Part shown: positions 14,945-25,990 of the stretch, piece after piece
Numbering within the stretch: position 1 is the first letter of the stretch
Layout: every line of letters starts with the position of its first letter
NCBI GenBank assembly: GCA_904063045.1
Contig: CAJFCJ010000007.1
Coordinates: 3,417,404 to 3,481,403, forward strand
Source: Dimorphilus gyrociliatus
Taxonomy: Eukaryota > Animalia > Annelida
Direction: 5' to 3'
DNA length: 64,000 bases
Made by a program: the position numbers and the translations under genes
The notes under the pieces: generated by a model
What the model saw: the letters and a program-made list of their open reading frames with translations, nothing else
What the model was told of the DNA's origin: nothing
Database searches by the model: none

Positions 14945-16260
14945 TGTATATTACAAATGTACGTGACGAAACATCACACAGAGTTTTTTCAATTTTTTTT
15001 TTCAACATAAGAGTCAGTAAAAAAGTTCACAAGAAACGTATAGTCTTTTTTTTCCCTAGGCAAACTGTATCCCTTGGAAAATGTTCATATTCAGTTCATA
15101 AATTCAAGTGTGATAAAACATTTCTAGAAGTGTTTCTTCTTTCCTCCATTCTCCAATGAACATCACATACATTAAGTTTTACGTTTTTAAAATAACTCGA
15201 CATAAATCTGTATTCATTTGAAGAAAAGAAAATAATGAAAGTATACTCACAATTATCGTCGGTTCCCTGTTTGAAAGAAGATAGTTTAATTAAAACGTCA
15301 TTTAGAATGTGAACGCCAGATAGAACGTCCTCTCGCATTTGATCAAAAACAAAGCTAAGAGTTGTTTTCCATAAAGGGGACAAATTAGAGCCTTGTATCC
15401 TCTTAACTTTTTAATTAAACTTACTTTGCTTTAATTGAAGAAGCAGAAAAAATTGGTTTCCTGGAGATTACGACCGAAGAATTTCTTGGTATTTGTTCAT
15501 CATCGTTTGTGTAAACTGTTTGCGTAAAAAAAATGTTCCGTATTTCATTCAATTCAAATATTTATTTTTGGATTCTTTAATGAAGCACATGGTTAAATAT
15601 AATTTAAAACCAAGTTGAAATGAATAGCACAATTGTACGTCACAAAAATGAAGTTGCGTAATAACAGACATTTTGAAAAATATATATGTACGCATCTGAT
15701 AAGTGTAATAGCAATATACGTCGAATATATATGTTTATTTACAAAACATATATTCTTTACATAGGTATACATATATATATATATATATAAATATCTCTAT
15801 TTTGAGCGATATTTATATATACATATGTATGTCTTTATTTATACAAAACACTGCATTTTTTCCATAAATGAACTGATAACAGCATATTGACAAATTGAAC
15901 GTAACGCAAAACCCTTAAGCGACTCTTAGCACTAGCGTTGCTAGACATAAAAGACTATGCAATATATAATATTGACCGTGCGAGTTTTACAGAATTTGTC
16001 GAATATCTTTTATATAACGAGTTAAAACAGAATATGCTCTTATTAAGGTTAACCTGTTGATGTAATTAAAATTTAATTGGAATTTTATTAATACCTTCGG
16101 AAGGGTTTGACGAACTGACAACCTCCAATTCAGGGTTATTCGCCAACTTGATTTTAGCAGCTACCAGCTTTTTGAGTTCACCTAACGAAATATGAGATCC
16201 TTCAAAAGATATAGAGTCAAATTCTTTTTGACTTTTCAATCTGAAGTGGACACATGACAT
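11078..16260 (-). CDS. RBBP6: E3 ubiquitin ligase RBBP6 (DWNN, Zn knuckle, RING, Pro-rich, RS, RE-rich, Lys/His tail)
   Basis: DWNN MSCVHFRLKSQKEFDSISFEG (16260) plus YTNDDEQIPRNSSVVISRKP (about 15425-15514); NLAEANASEE; CHNCNKRGHYKWQC knuckle; RIKRPTGIPMSF; YATGKKEKPPF; RING CFLCNDLMKDAVITVCCHKSFCDECIR...CPNC; RS tract; last exon KKHKKAKKHKKHKKSSK* at 11078-11183. The donor joining the RE-rich exon to the last exon is not resolved. Confidence 0.95.
11760..11990 (-). repeat. Coding minisatellite (48-60 bp units) in RBBP6 encoding RREERRDDRRDRREE repeats
   Basis: Near-identical blocks tcgcctgtctcttctatcgtctctcctctcctc at about 11785, 11833 and 11881, with a variant at about 11941. Confidence 0.8.
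14903..14946. repeat. (TA)n microsatellite in an RBBP6 intron
   Basis: Interrupted TA run. Confidence 0.8.
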
Positions 16261-16959
16261 GTTTTACCGGCAGAATTTTGGCTTGTTTTAGAATGTGAAA
16301 GCCATACAAAGATGGCTGCCGTTTTCACGTTCGAGTCTGGCGAGATTGGTACGATGTTCCGATTTTATCGAAACGTTCCACTAAAAAATATCGTATCGAA
16401 TTGTATAATCGATCTCGATATAGAATATTTATTTGAATAGTTCAATCTATTTTTACGCTTATAAATATATATGTAATTTTTATAAGAGGCTTTGTTGATC
16501 TATATTATATATTCTAAATTTAAATTGCCCTTTTGTTGACTAAACTTGACTTGGCTAATGTTATCACGATCATTAAACTAAAAATTTCGATTAAATATTT
16601 ACAAATACACCTTTTATCGATCAAAGTTAGCTTTCGACACATTTAAGAAATAAATTCTTTGTCAAAATATCGCTCTAAAGTAATCTTTTACCATAGAGTT
16701 TTGGCGCAAAAATTCAATTTATAATAATAATGGATAAAAGAAGAAATACTTTGCATAAAGAGAAAGTGAAACATTCTATTAGGATAAATTACAATAACAA
16801 GGTGAACTCGAATAAAAATTTTTTATTGAAAATTCTACTTAGAACTTGAATAAATAAACAGAGAAAAAAGTTCTATGCATTTTATCGCCAGTCGGCGCAA
16901 GTTGGTTTTACTGGATATAGGCATATCTGTCAAAAAAAAAAAAGATTTTCATAAAAATC

Positions 16960-19900
16960 ATGGACGTGGAAAAGACTCTATCATCTCTCGGTAGTTGGGG
17001 AAGATTTCAAACAATACTATATTTTACATCAGCCATTATTAGTACATTCCCATCTTCATGGCACATGTTGGCTATTGTAATGATTGGTAAGTTGAAAAAA
17101 GCAAAACTTTCTTTATATTCATCTATTCATATATTTGTTGTACATTTTGTACCCCAATGTCTTCTTTTCTCTTCTATAACAATAAGACATTTTAAAGATA
17201 TATATATATATATACGATAAGTAGTAAAATTCGTCTTAAAAGTACTAATCGAAAAAGTTCTCTTCTATAAAACTATGTTCAAAATTTTATGCAAATTAAG
17301 GAGACTTTAACGTTTTTTATATAAAGTGTCTCAAATTTATATATATATATATATAAAATATTCGGCAAGAACGGAAAAAGAGAGAAATAGAGTAAAATTT
17401 CCCTATTTGCATGAAAGAATTGCGCTAGGTCTAAGCGACAATGAAGTATGATTCGATAATAGCTATAGAAATCAACTACAATTCAAGTGTTTGTGGAAAT
17501 CGTCAGACTAACGCAACGTATATTGAGTTTTTTTTCGTTCATGCGTTTAAAGAGGTCTCTTTATCCCAGATAGTTATATTATAAGCATCCATTTTACCGC
17601 TATACAAATTCAAGATATTCTTTTTATATGAAACGTCAAAATATATTTTGATAAAGGAGTTAATAATTAGTAAAAATATATTATTTCTTTTATTCGTTTA
17701 ATCTATTCACGATTTTCTCTCTATCTTCTATTTCTTATTCTTCTCCATTCCTTAGATAAGTTTCCCTAGACTGATTGCTTTTTTATATATATTCACTAGA
17801 TGTTGTTTTTTCTTCAACCAAAGTTTAACATGCTATGTGGTCTCGATTATAATATGGAATTCCATCATTTGTATTGTTATCTATGCTTCTTTACTTATAC
17901 TTTTGCGTGCAGAAAAAAAAAATATTTAATGGGGAAGATACAAGTAGATTTCATTAACTTTTAGTTATAATTACTAAGTAATTTCTCTCTTAAATCTTTC
18001 ATACAATAGGATATATTATCAATAAATTACATATACTCATCTCTCTATAATTATAATTTCTCAATAGCTTTCATATTTTCATATATAATAAAAAAAACCT
18101 AATCCTATTCTATTCAATCTCACCTCCTTTTCAACCATACATGCACATAGAGACACTCACCTTACCTCATTTCACCTAACACTCCCCACCCCCCGTCTCT
18201 TTTTCTTTTCTTTTTCTCTTCCCCTCTCCCCCCCTCCCCTTTCTTTCGTTCATAGGCCTAATTTTGTAATTTAAGTATTCATACAAACGATTTAGAATGT
18301 TGTTTTTTTGTAAAATATATATATATTACTTATATTTTGTTTATATAGAGTATATATACATATATATTTTTCAAGTTTATTATATTTCTCAGGTATGGAA
18401 CCAAGTTATAGATGTAAATTACCACCTAATACACTTCCCAATGAAAGTATACCCATATCCGAAGATGGTAATGGATTGGACAAGTGTTCAGTCTATACGA
18501 ATTATAGTAACGCAGAGTAGGAGTTTTTACATTTATCAATCCTTATTTAATCATTTCGATTGCTTTTAACTTTATTAATAGTTTGACCAATAAAACTGAA
18601 AAGTGCCCTAATGGAACATCTTTCAGCGGATCAGTTTTTTCTATTGTAAATGAGGTCAGGAAAAAAATTGACCTAAAAGTTAAAAACCTTAATATAAATC
18701 TTTCGTTTACAGTGGGATTTAACCTGTGATAAGGCCTATTTGGTTGAATTGTCACAAACTATATTAGTGGTTGGCGTAATTGTTGGAGCGATGCTCTGCT
18801 CGAGTCTCAGCGATAGGTTATTAACAACAAACAGAGAGCGAATGAATAAACAATATTATTATTTAAACTACTTAGATTTGGGAGGAAAGTCGTCTTTCTT
18901 TCATCCATGTTAGCTGAATCGGTACTTGGATGCCTTGTAACATTTATGCCCAACTATTACTCTTTCGCAGTTGTAAGATTCTTTATTGGAGTCGTCCAAC
19001 AAGTAAAACTATAAACATATCAAGTGCAACTGCTTCATAATCATTAAAAACAATCTATAGGGAATGGTAGTTGCCGGGTTCGTTTATCTTTGCGAAATAT
19101 TTCCAGCCTCAAAAAGGACCATACCAGCTCTCTTTATGCAGGTAAAGATTTCATTTTTTTGTCCCATACAGGTATAAACGGGTAATGTAAATATTATTTA
19201 TATTACAGATTTTTTGGGCCATTGCCATATGTGTTCTATCTTTAATTGGATATTCAGAAAGAAATTGGAAAAATTTCATGTACATCATTAGTGTGCCGTT
19301 ATGCGTTGCTCTTCCATTATTTTGGTTAGTTAGATTATGTACTGTAAACATATATGGTACATTCTCTCCTCGTATAGGTTCCTACCGAGTAGTTTGCCTT
19401 GGTTAGTTGCGAAGAAGAGGTACGAGCAAATTCAAAATTACGTCAACAAGGTTGAAAAATATAATAGGATAGCATTGCCGGAAGATCTGCAAAACGTTAG
19501 GAAATCTTATGAGGTTTGTGAATTTTTCATAAATCTCCAGAGACTAATTGACAATAAATTACATAATAATTAAGGGTAAAGGAAATGAGGCTCTCATTAA
19601 GGGTGGTGATGATTCTTCAAACTATACAATATTGGATTTATTTAAATCTAGCAAATTGAGATTAAACTGTCTTATCATGTGTTATATATGGTGCGTAAAT
19701 TCTTTGGTTTATTACGGATTATCGTTAAGTACTTCGAGCTTGGCCGGTGATCCTTACCTGAATTTTTTCCTCTCCGGTTTGGTTGAGATACCTGCTTATA
19801 TAGTATCGGCATTTGCCCTTCAATAGTATGTATCTTTATAATTGTTATATCGGTCCTGTTGTAAATGTGTTCACTTACTGCAAAAGCTTCGGACGACGCT

Positions 19901-20440
19901 GGCCAATTTGTATATTTCACACAATAGCTGGAATGTCTCTTCTCATTGCCATATTCCTACCCGGAGGTAGAGCTGAGACTGTTCTGTCCATGATAGGAAA
20001 GTTTGGAATAACAGGATCTTTCGGCTGTATATTCCTTTGGACACCGGAAATAGTTCCTACTACACTTCGAAGTCAGGGAATAGGTATTGCCTCCGTAGGC
20101 GGTAGAGCAGGGAATATTGTAGCTCCATTTTCTTCCTACGTTGTAAGCTCTTTCAAATTAATTAAAAATTCTACTTGTATTGACTGTTTCTTCTTCTTTT
20201 ATCTAGGTTAAAGTTATACCATGGCTACCAGGAGTTATCTTTGGCGGCATGTCCCTAGTAGCAGCTGTTTTAACGCTATTCTTACCTGAAACTCTAAACA
20301 GACCACTTCCTCAGACGATAGAAGAGGTTGAGGGATGGACAAGAACTTTAACAAAAGAAGAAAAGATGAAAGCAAAAGCTAGGGAATTAGGTAGGAATGA
20401 GGAAGAAATGAAAGAATTTCAAAAGCCAATAGATACCTAA
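16960..20440 (+). CDS. SLC22-family organic cation/anion transporter (Orct-like)
   Basis: LGSWGRFQ, SYRCKLP extracellular loop, CPNGTSF...SIVNEFDLVC, DRFGRK, YLCEIFPAS, PSSLPWLVAKKRYE, VYYGLSLSTSSLAGDPYLNFFLSGLVEIPAY, FGRR, WTPEIVPTTLRSQG, FLPETLNRPLPQTIEE. Confidence 0.93.
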
Positions 20441-21310
20441 ATAGAGAAATTGGCTTATGCTGCAACTCCAGGGAATTTCTTAATAATGTTTATCATAGTT
20501 TATGTATACTAATTGAAAAAAAATGTATCGTTCGTTAAGCATCTAAAGGTGGAATTATAGCAAGTAGAATATTACGTTAATAAATTTGAAATTACCTTTA
20601 TGGAGGTCAATTTGTAGTATTTCAAGAAAAAGAAAAAAAAAACATTCGTTTTGTTTACGTTATGGAGAAAACTAAGAAACAATCCTTTACTTTTTTTTTA
20701 TTTTTTTAAAAAAGAAAAAACTTTTTTTTTAATAAAAAAAAAAAGTTCTTTGTCCCTTTTCTCGTTCATAAAAATAACATAAGAGATAAGTAAAATTGGT
20801 AAATAATTAATTAATATTATTATTATCACAATAATATAAAAAAATATGTAAAAAAATATTTCCAAAATACAGATTTTAATTTGTTTTTCTTTTTTTTATA
20901 AATGTTGTATGATAAACGATATAAAAAAAAAGAAAACCTGACAAATACACTTAAGTAAATGAAATAACTTTGTGTTATTTTGTTTTTCTTCCTCTCCTTC
21001 TTCTTATATGTTAATATGATTTAGGCCTGTACAGCAATATATAAAAAGAAAGAAAGGAAGAGAGAAAAACAAAGTAAACAAACAAAATTGGTAAAGGTGA
21101 AAAAAAGTTGAAAAAAAGTTCTATTATTTATATATATATATATAATTAAGTTATTTCTCTATTTCATAATTTTAATAATTCTCACTTTTTCCTGAATTTG
21201 AGCGAATTTTTTAACAGGTACAAAAAAACGTATAAATGACAATATTGTGTAACATTTGAAAACAAAAAAAAAGAAAAAAAGAGGAATTTCGATCACTTGT
21301 TTGTTTCTCT

Positions 21311-21342
21311 TTTTCTTCTTCTTCTTCTTCTTCTTCTTCTTT
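21311..21342. repeat. (CTT)n microsatellite in the presumed EcR 3' UTR
   Basis: About 10 CTT units. Confidence 0.85.
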
Positions 21343-21425
21343 CAAACAATTAGTCATATTTTTAATTTAGATACCATCTAATCTTTTCTCCCACCAAACA
21401 ATATGAAAAAAAAAAGTAACCAGTA

Positions 21426-22836
21426 TTACAAACTTTGTAGGTTGTTGTTGGCATTACTACATGTTGGAGATGAAGAATCTTTTTGGCGATTTTCCGTTGA
21501 ATCGGTTACGTCAAAATATTCTTCTAGTAGAGGTGGGAGTGATCCCTTTTCCACCTTGAGCGAAAACATGACTTGAGAATGTTCGGCTGCTAATTCACGC
21601 AATCTACATAATTGCATAATCAATTTAGCAAAAAAATACGATTTTTTAGATCTTCTGAATCTATCATATTCCTGCAGGGCCTCAGCATATTTTTCCTGGA
21701 GTTCAATAACAGCTTTTGGAAATTTTAAGCCAGGACGATCTAAAAAAAGAATAGAAAAGAGAGCTACAGTTACAGGTTAAATATCAATATTCTTAAAATA
21801 ACATACCTGTAAAGATACTAATGGCTGTAACCAGAGCGTATTCTGCATTATCTACCCGTAATTGTCCCATACCACCACAAAATTCAAACATACTCGAAAC
21901 AAAGGAATGAAGACCTGCCATTGACATACTCTGTTGAGTATGAGCTATACCGTCGGCAAAGACCACTGTATTTGTTTCTGTATCATATCTTCTAGCAGTT
22001 CTTAACATCATTACCTCACAAGCGGAACCTTTCAAGAGAGTAATTTGATCATCTCTGTTCAGATCCAGGAAGCCAGGTAGATGTTTAGCAAAATCAACAA
22101 TTAAATGAGTAGTTAGTATGGTCATTTCGGCCATATTTTTAAATAGAGCATCTGACATATCTTTTGGCCTGCCTTGATCACTAACCCTTACTCTAGAAAT
22201 TTTTTCGATATCATCCTTGGTCGGTAGTTCAAATCTATCCTGAAAAAAGACTAGTTCCTCTATTAGTTGGCGACATTCTTTCCTGACGTGAGTCATTGGA
22301 TTGGAGATAGGGCTTTGATAATTTTCATCCGACACGATTGAATTAGAGTCAGGACTAAATTGCTCTACGGAACTAGTTATCGAACCCTTGCGTCGTTTGT
22401 CTTTCCTTCGAGCATCACGAGCTTTGCATTGTTCATCAGACAGAAGACACTCTTCTTTCATGCCTACCTCTTTACACCTACGCAAACGACACGATTGACA
22501 GCGTCTCCTCATCCACATGTCCATTTCACAATTGCCGCCATTTTTACATTTATACTTAGCGTCTCTTGTAATTGATCTTCTGAAAAAACCTTTACATCCT
22601 TCACACGATAAGGCGTTATAATGATAACCTGAGGCTCGGTCCCCGCAAACGAGACATAATTCTTCTTCCCTACTTCTAGCTCCAAAGTTCGACGATTCAC
22701 TTTTCATTCGTTTCTCGGCTACATTTTTGTTATCTTCATCGTCGGTATCCTCCTTAATCTCTTTTTTAATCTTATCTTTCCAAGTCGGGGAGGTTCCCGT
22801 TGTTTTTTCGTGCCACCAACTATCGTTACCGCTCAT
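21426..22836 (-). CDS. EcR: Ecdysone receptor-like nuclear receptor (NR1H), 2 coding exons
   Basis: DBD CLVCGDRASGYHYNALSCEGCKGFFRRS...CEMDMWMRRRCQSCRLRRC. LBD MTILTTHLIVDFAKHLPGF...DQITLLK...EVMMLRTARRYD; after a short intron DRPGL...LPPLLEEYFDV. Probable non-coding upstream exon ends at a GTAAGC donor near 23787. Confidence 0.9.
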
Positions 22837-23165
22837 AACACAATTAATTCAAGATCCCAAGCCTGTTCTGAAATTGGCAAAATGCCATTATTATAGCCCA
22901 AAAATAGCTATAGCTATAACTACAATTATACTTATATATATATATATATATATAAGAATTAAAAGAGTAGAAAAACTATAAAAATAAGGTGGAAGAGGCT
23001 AAGAATAACAGGAGTGTAGGAGGAGTAGGAAAAAGAACACGAAATGACTTCCAATACACTCATACTAAGTTGATAAAGGTAAGTATCGGATTAATTAATT
23101 AAATTCGCCGTAGGTAAACCATAAAGGAAAATGAATAGAAGAGGAAAAGATAAAGATATAGTTAG

Positions 23166-23208
23166 ATAGACAGAGAGAGAGAGAGAGAGAGAGATAGATA
23201 GATAGAGA
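23166..23208. repeat. (GA)n/(GATA)n microsatellite in EcR intron 1
   Basis: gacagagagagagagagagagagatagatagatagaga. Confidence 0.85.
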
Positions 23209-24371
23209 AAGACATAATTAATACAAATATACCAAAAATGAAAGGCTAAAATTAATTGTTTAAATAAATTGTTTTCTGCGTTAAAATCAATAAATTATTA
23301 CAATATTTATATGAATAAACAAGATATTATTATTCTTACTAGTTGAAATGATAGTTTAGAGACGAAATTGTTGTTATAAATATATCGTAGAAATCAAAAA
23401 GAATAAACAATTTTATTTAGGTCATATAGAAGAATAATAGAGAATATATCAAAGAGGTGGTAGCTACTGGATGACTACGTAGAATTATGTGTTTAATACG
23501 TACATTGCTTAGTAGACATATGTATTTATAGAGCTATGTAGATATATGCTATATGTACAGATACGTTTATATGGATATTACAAAAAAATTAGCCAGCAGA
23601 TTGAGTCATTTACTTAGAATAAACTGGTTGTTGAGAATATGCCAAACCGTTCTATTCTATTTCACTCGTCTTGTACTTAGAATATTTATAAATACTCACA
23701 ATAAACATGGTAAAAAACTCTTACAAGGTCGAACTAATTGTCTCCTAACTGTATATTTGTAGATACGACTTTATCGAATATGCTTACCTATTAAATCGTT
23801 TGTAATTATGGAATTCTGCAACTTTACGGGTAAAATATTATGCATAGTAGCAAAGAGAGCGCCGGGAAGTTATAGTATAGAGAAAAAACGTCAGCAAGAG
23901 CAGGCAGAGCCACCTTTCGCTAACAATCATGAATATTAATGACCTAATGTTGAGGCCTGCTATAATAGACTAAGTAGCGTTTTGAGATTGATTAGTGTTA
24001 GTCTACTCAAGCTCCAATCGTACACAATTTGGCCTTGAATATAGGTATTGAGATAAAACAACGCTCTTTTTGTGCCTCTTATCTATACCAACCCAAATAT
24101 TGCTTATTAATACGTAGTTTAGATTATAGGAAGGGTGGCTGGCTAATCATCTTTGTATTAATTAGAGAATCAGAGACATGCTGTTCGTGGGGCCTATCTA
24201 GTACTCTTTATGTTTTTCTAGGTTACATTTTGTAAACAAGAAAATCGAATCTGGTCTAAATTTGGCGCTAAAGTTCACCAGTTTTGTTTCTCTCCCCATT
24301 AACGTTTTACCGGAAGTTATTTTTTTGTTATTTAGTTTTGCGCCCAAGCTTGACTAAAATTTTTATATCTT

Positions 24372-25967
24372 ATGGAAAAGCTTACTCCTAGATCTAGGAG
24401 GAAAGGAGCACTTCCACAAGGAAATTTGGTGGTGGATGAATCAATTAGGAAATCCGAACTTGAAGAGGATTCTCTACCAAGCGAACGTTGTATTGACCGC
24501 ACACCGTTGTCTCCAAAGCCGGAAATTCTTACCGATCTCGACCTAAGCGACGAAGAAAACGGTAAAGTGAAACCCGTTGCTGTATGCCATTTACCCCGTT
24601 CAGCCGTTAAAACCTTAACCGAAACTAATGAAATTCAACAAGCGGTAAAAACCGCAAACGATTCAACAAGCATTCTAATCGACGTCGAAGTTCACGAAAC
24701 TGGTGAAAATGACACCAATACAAAAGCATTAGTTGTTCGCGAATCATCTAGCTCCGTTAAGGTTATTGCAAATGGATGCAAAACAGAAACAAATCTATTT
24801 AGCGTTATAGAAGAGCTGCATGCCAGCGATGCTTCCATGGAAGCAAATAGAACTGCACCTGTTATAGTTAATGAAAAACTGGCTACTAAACCCAAAATAA
24901 AATCTAGTACGCCTAGTACAGATTCTCGGAAGAAAGTAGGCACAAGACAAAAGTCAACGCCAATTATGGCTAAAAAATTTAGTAGTCCTATTCAAAGGAG
25001 TACACCGCAACGTTTACAACGTTCCGAGAGTGAGGATAAATCCAAGGCCATTAAGAAAAAAGGAAAGGTTGTATCCTCTCGCTATCGAACACCTTTAGTC
25101 GGTACTGAAAGAGTTGCGAATAATACAATATCTTCGCTGAGAAGTAAACCGAAATCAGCCAGCCTAACGGAAATGCCACGATCAACAAAGAATCCTGTTA
25201 TAGTTTCCTCTGAAAGGATACCATCAAAACGCGTTGGAACTTCGACCCCTAATACGTCGAGTGCGCAATTTAATATATCAGATACAAGCGCAATTCTCGA
25301 TTGTAATTTTGACGTTTCGGAATTAAGTAAAATACATTCAATATCAGACCAGTCGAAAAATCAGGATGAAGTCTCTCAAATAGAACTCGATCTTATCTAT
25401 CATCGCTATCTTCAAATTGTTTATTTATTAGAAAAATGTAAATGTTCGTTCGAAAGTCAGGAAAGGCAGGCTATGGCTCAATTAGACACTTTATTTTTAA
25501 TGGTAGAGGAAAAGAACGAAAGACTATATCAATTAAGAACGGAAGTTGAAAATTTGAAATCATACAATCTCGTTCAGAAATCTGTTCAATCTCAGTTAAA
25601 AAGTCTAGCTACTGTTGATAATTTAATAACAAAGGCTACGGATCAGTTAAATACAATGGAAGAATGTTTAGAAAAGAGCGCTAACCAAATTCATACTAAA
25701 GAGGTGATTATTCCAAACGATCAGGAGAATTTTCACAAAAATATAACTAAATGCTTATTGCAAATGGAGGAGACATTGGAGGACATTGAAAGGATAACGA
25801 AGCCAATCGCAGCAGAGTTTTGTAAAAGATTGTCATGTTGTTATGGGCATGTTGTAGATCGTGTTCAAAATGACAGAAAAGTCTCCTTGGAATGTCAAAT
25901 TTTATTAGATAATCTATCGGATACATGTCAACAAGAGTTATCATTAAGAGCTCAAGCTCTCCTTTAA
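24372..25967 (+). CDS. HAUS8: HAUS augmin-like complex subunit 8 (Hice1)-like, single exon
   Basis: 531-aa ORF. Basic Ser/Thr-rich N-terminus with GKVVSSRY (cf. HAUS8 GRVIESRY) and a coiled-coil C-terminus with LEKSANQIHTKEVII (cf. LDTTRHELPVRSIHL). Identified by eye from recalled motifs. Confidence 0.62.
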   Translation: MEKLTPRSRRKGALPQGNLVVDESIRKSELEEDSLPSERCIDRTPLSPKPEILTDLDLSDEENGKVKPVAVCHLPRSAVKTLTETNEIQQAVKTANDSTSILIDVEVHETGENDTNTKALVVRESSSSVKVIANGCKTETNLFSVIEELHASDASMEANRTAPVIVNEKLATKPKIKSSTPSTDSRKKVGTRQKSTPIMAKKFSSPIQRSTPQRLQRSESEDKSKAIKKKGKVVSSRYRTPLVGTERVANNTISSLRSKPKSASLTEMPRSTKNPVIVSSERIPSKRVGTSTPNTSSAQFNISDTSAILDCNFDVSELSKIHSISDQSKNQDEVSQIELDLIYHRYLQIVYLLEKCKCSFESQERQAMAQLDTLFLMVEEKNERLYQLRTEVENLKSYNLVQKSVQSQLKSLATVDNLITKATDQLNTMEECLEKSANQIHTKEVIIPNDQENFHKNITKCLLQMEETLEDIERITKPIAAEFCKRLSCCYGHVVDRVQNDRKVSLECQILLDNLSDTCQQELSLRAQALL

Positions 25968-25990
25968 AAACCAATAACATTAGGATAGAT

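Noticed and set aside
4704-16260. Four co-oriented genes (RBBP6, SDR, NSFL1C, EI24) as an operon with SL trans-splicing
   Set aside because: Spacers of 320-590 bp can hold promoters, and I see no consistent acceptor just upstream of the ATGs. SL reads would be needed.
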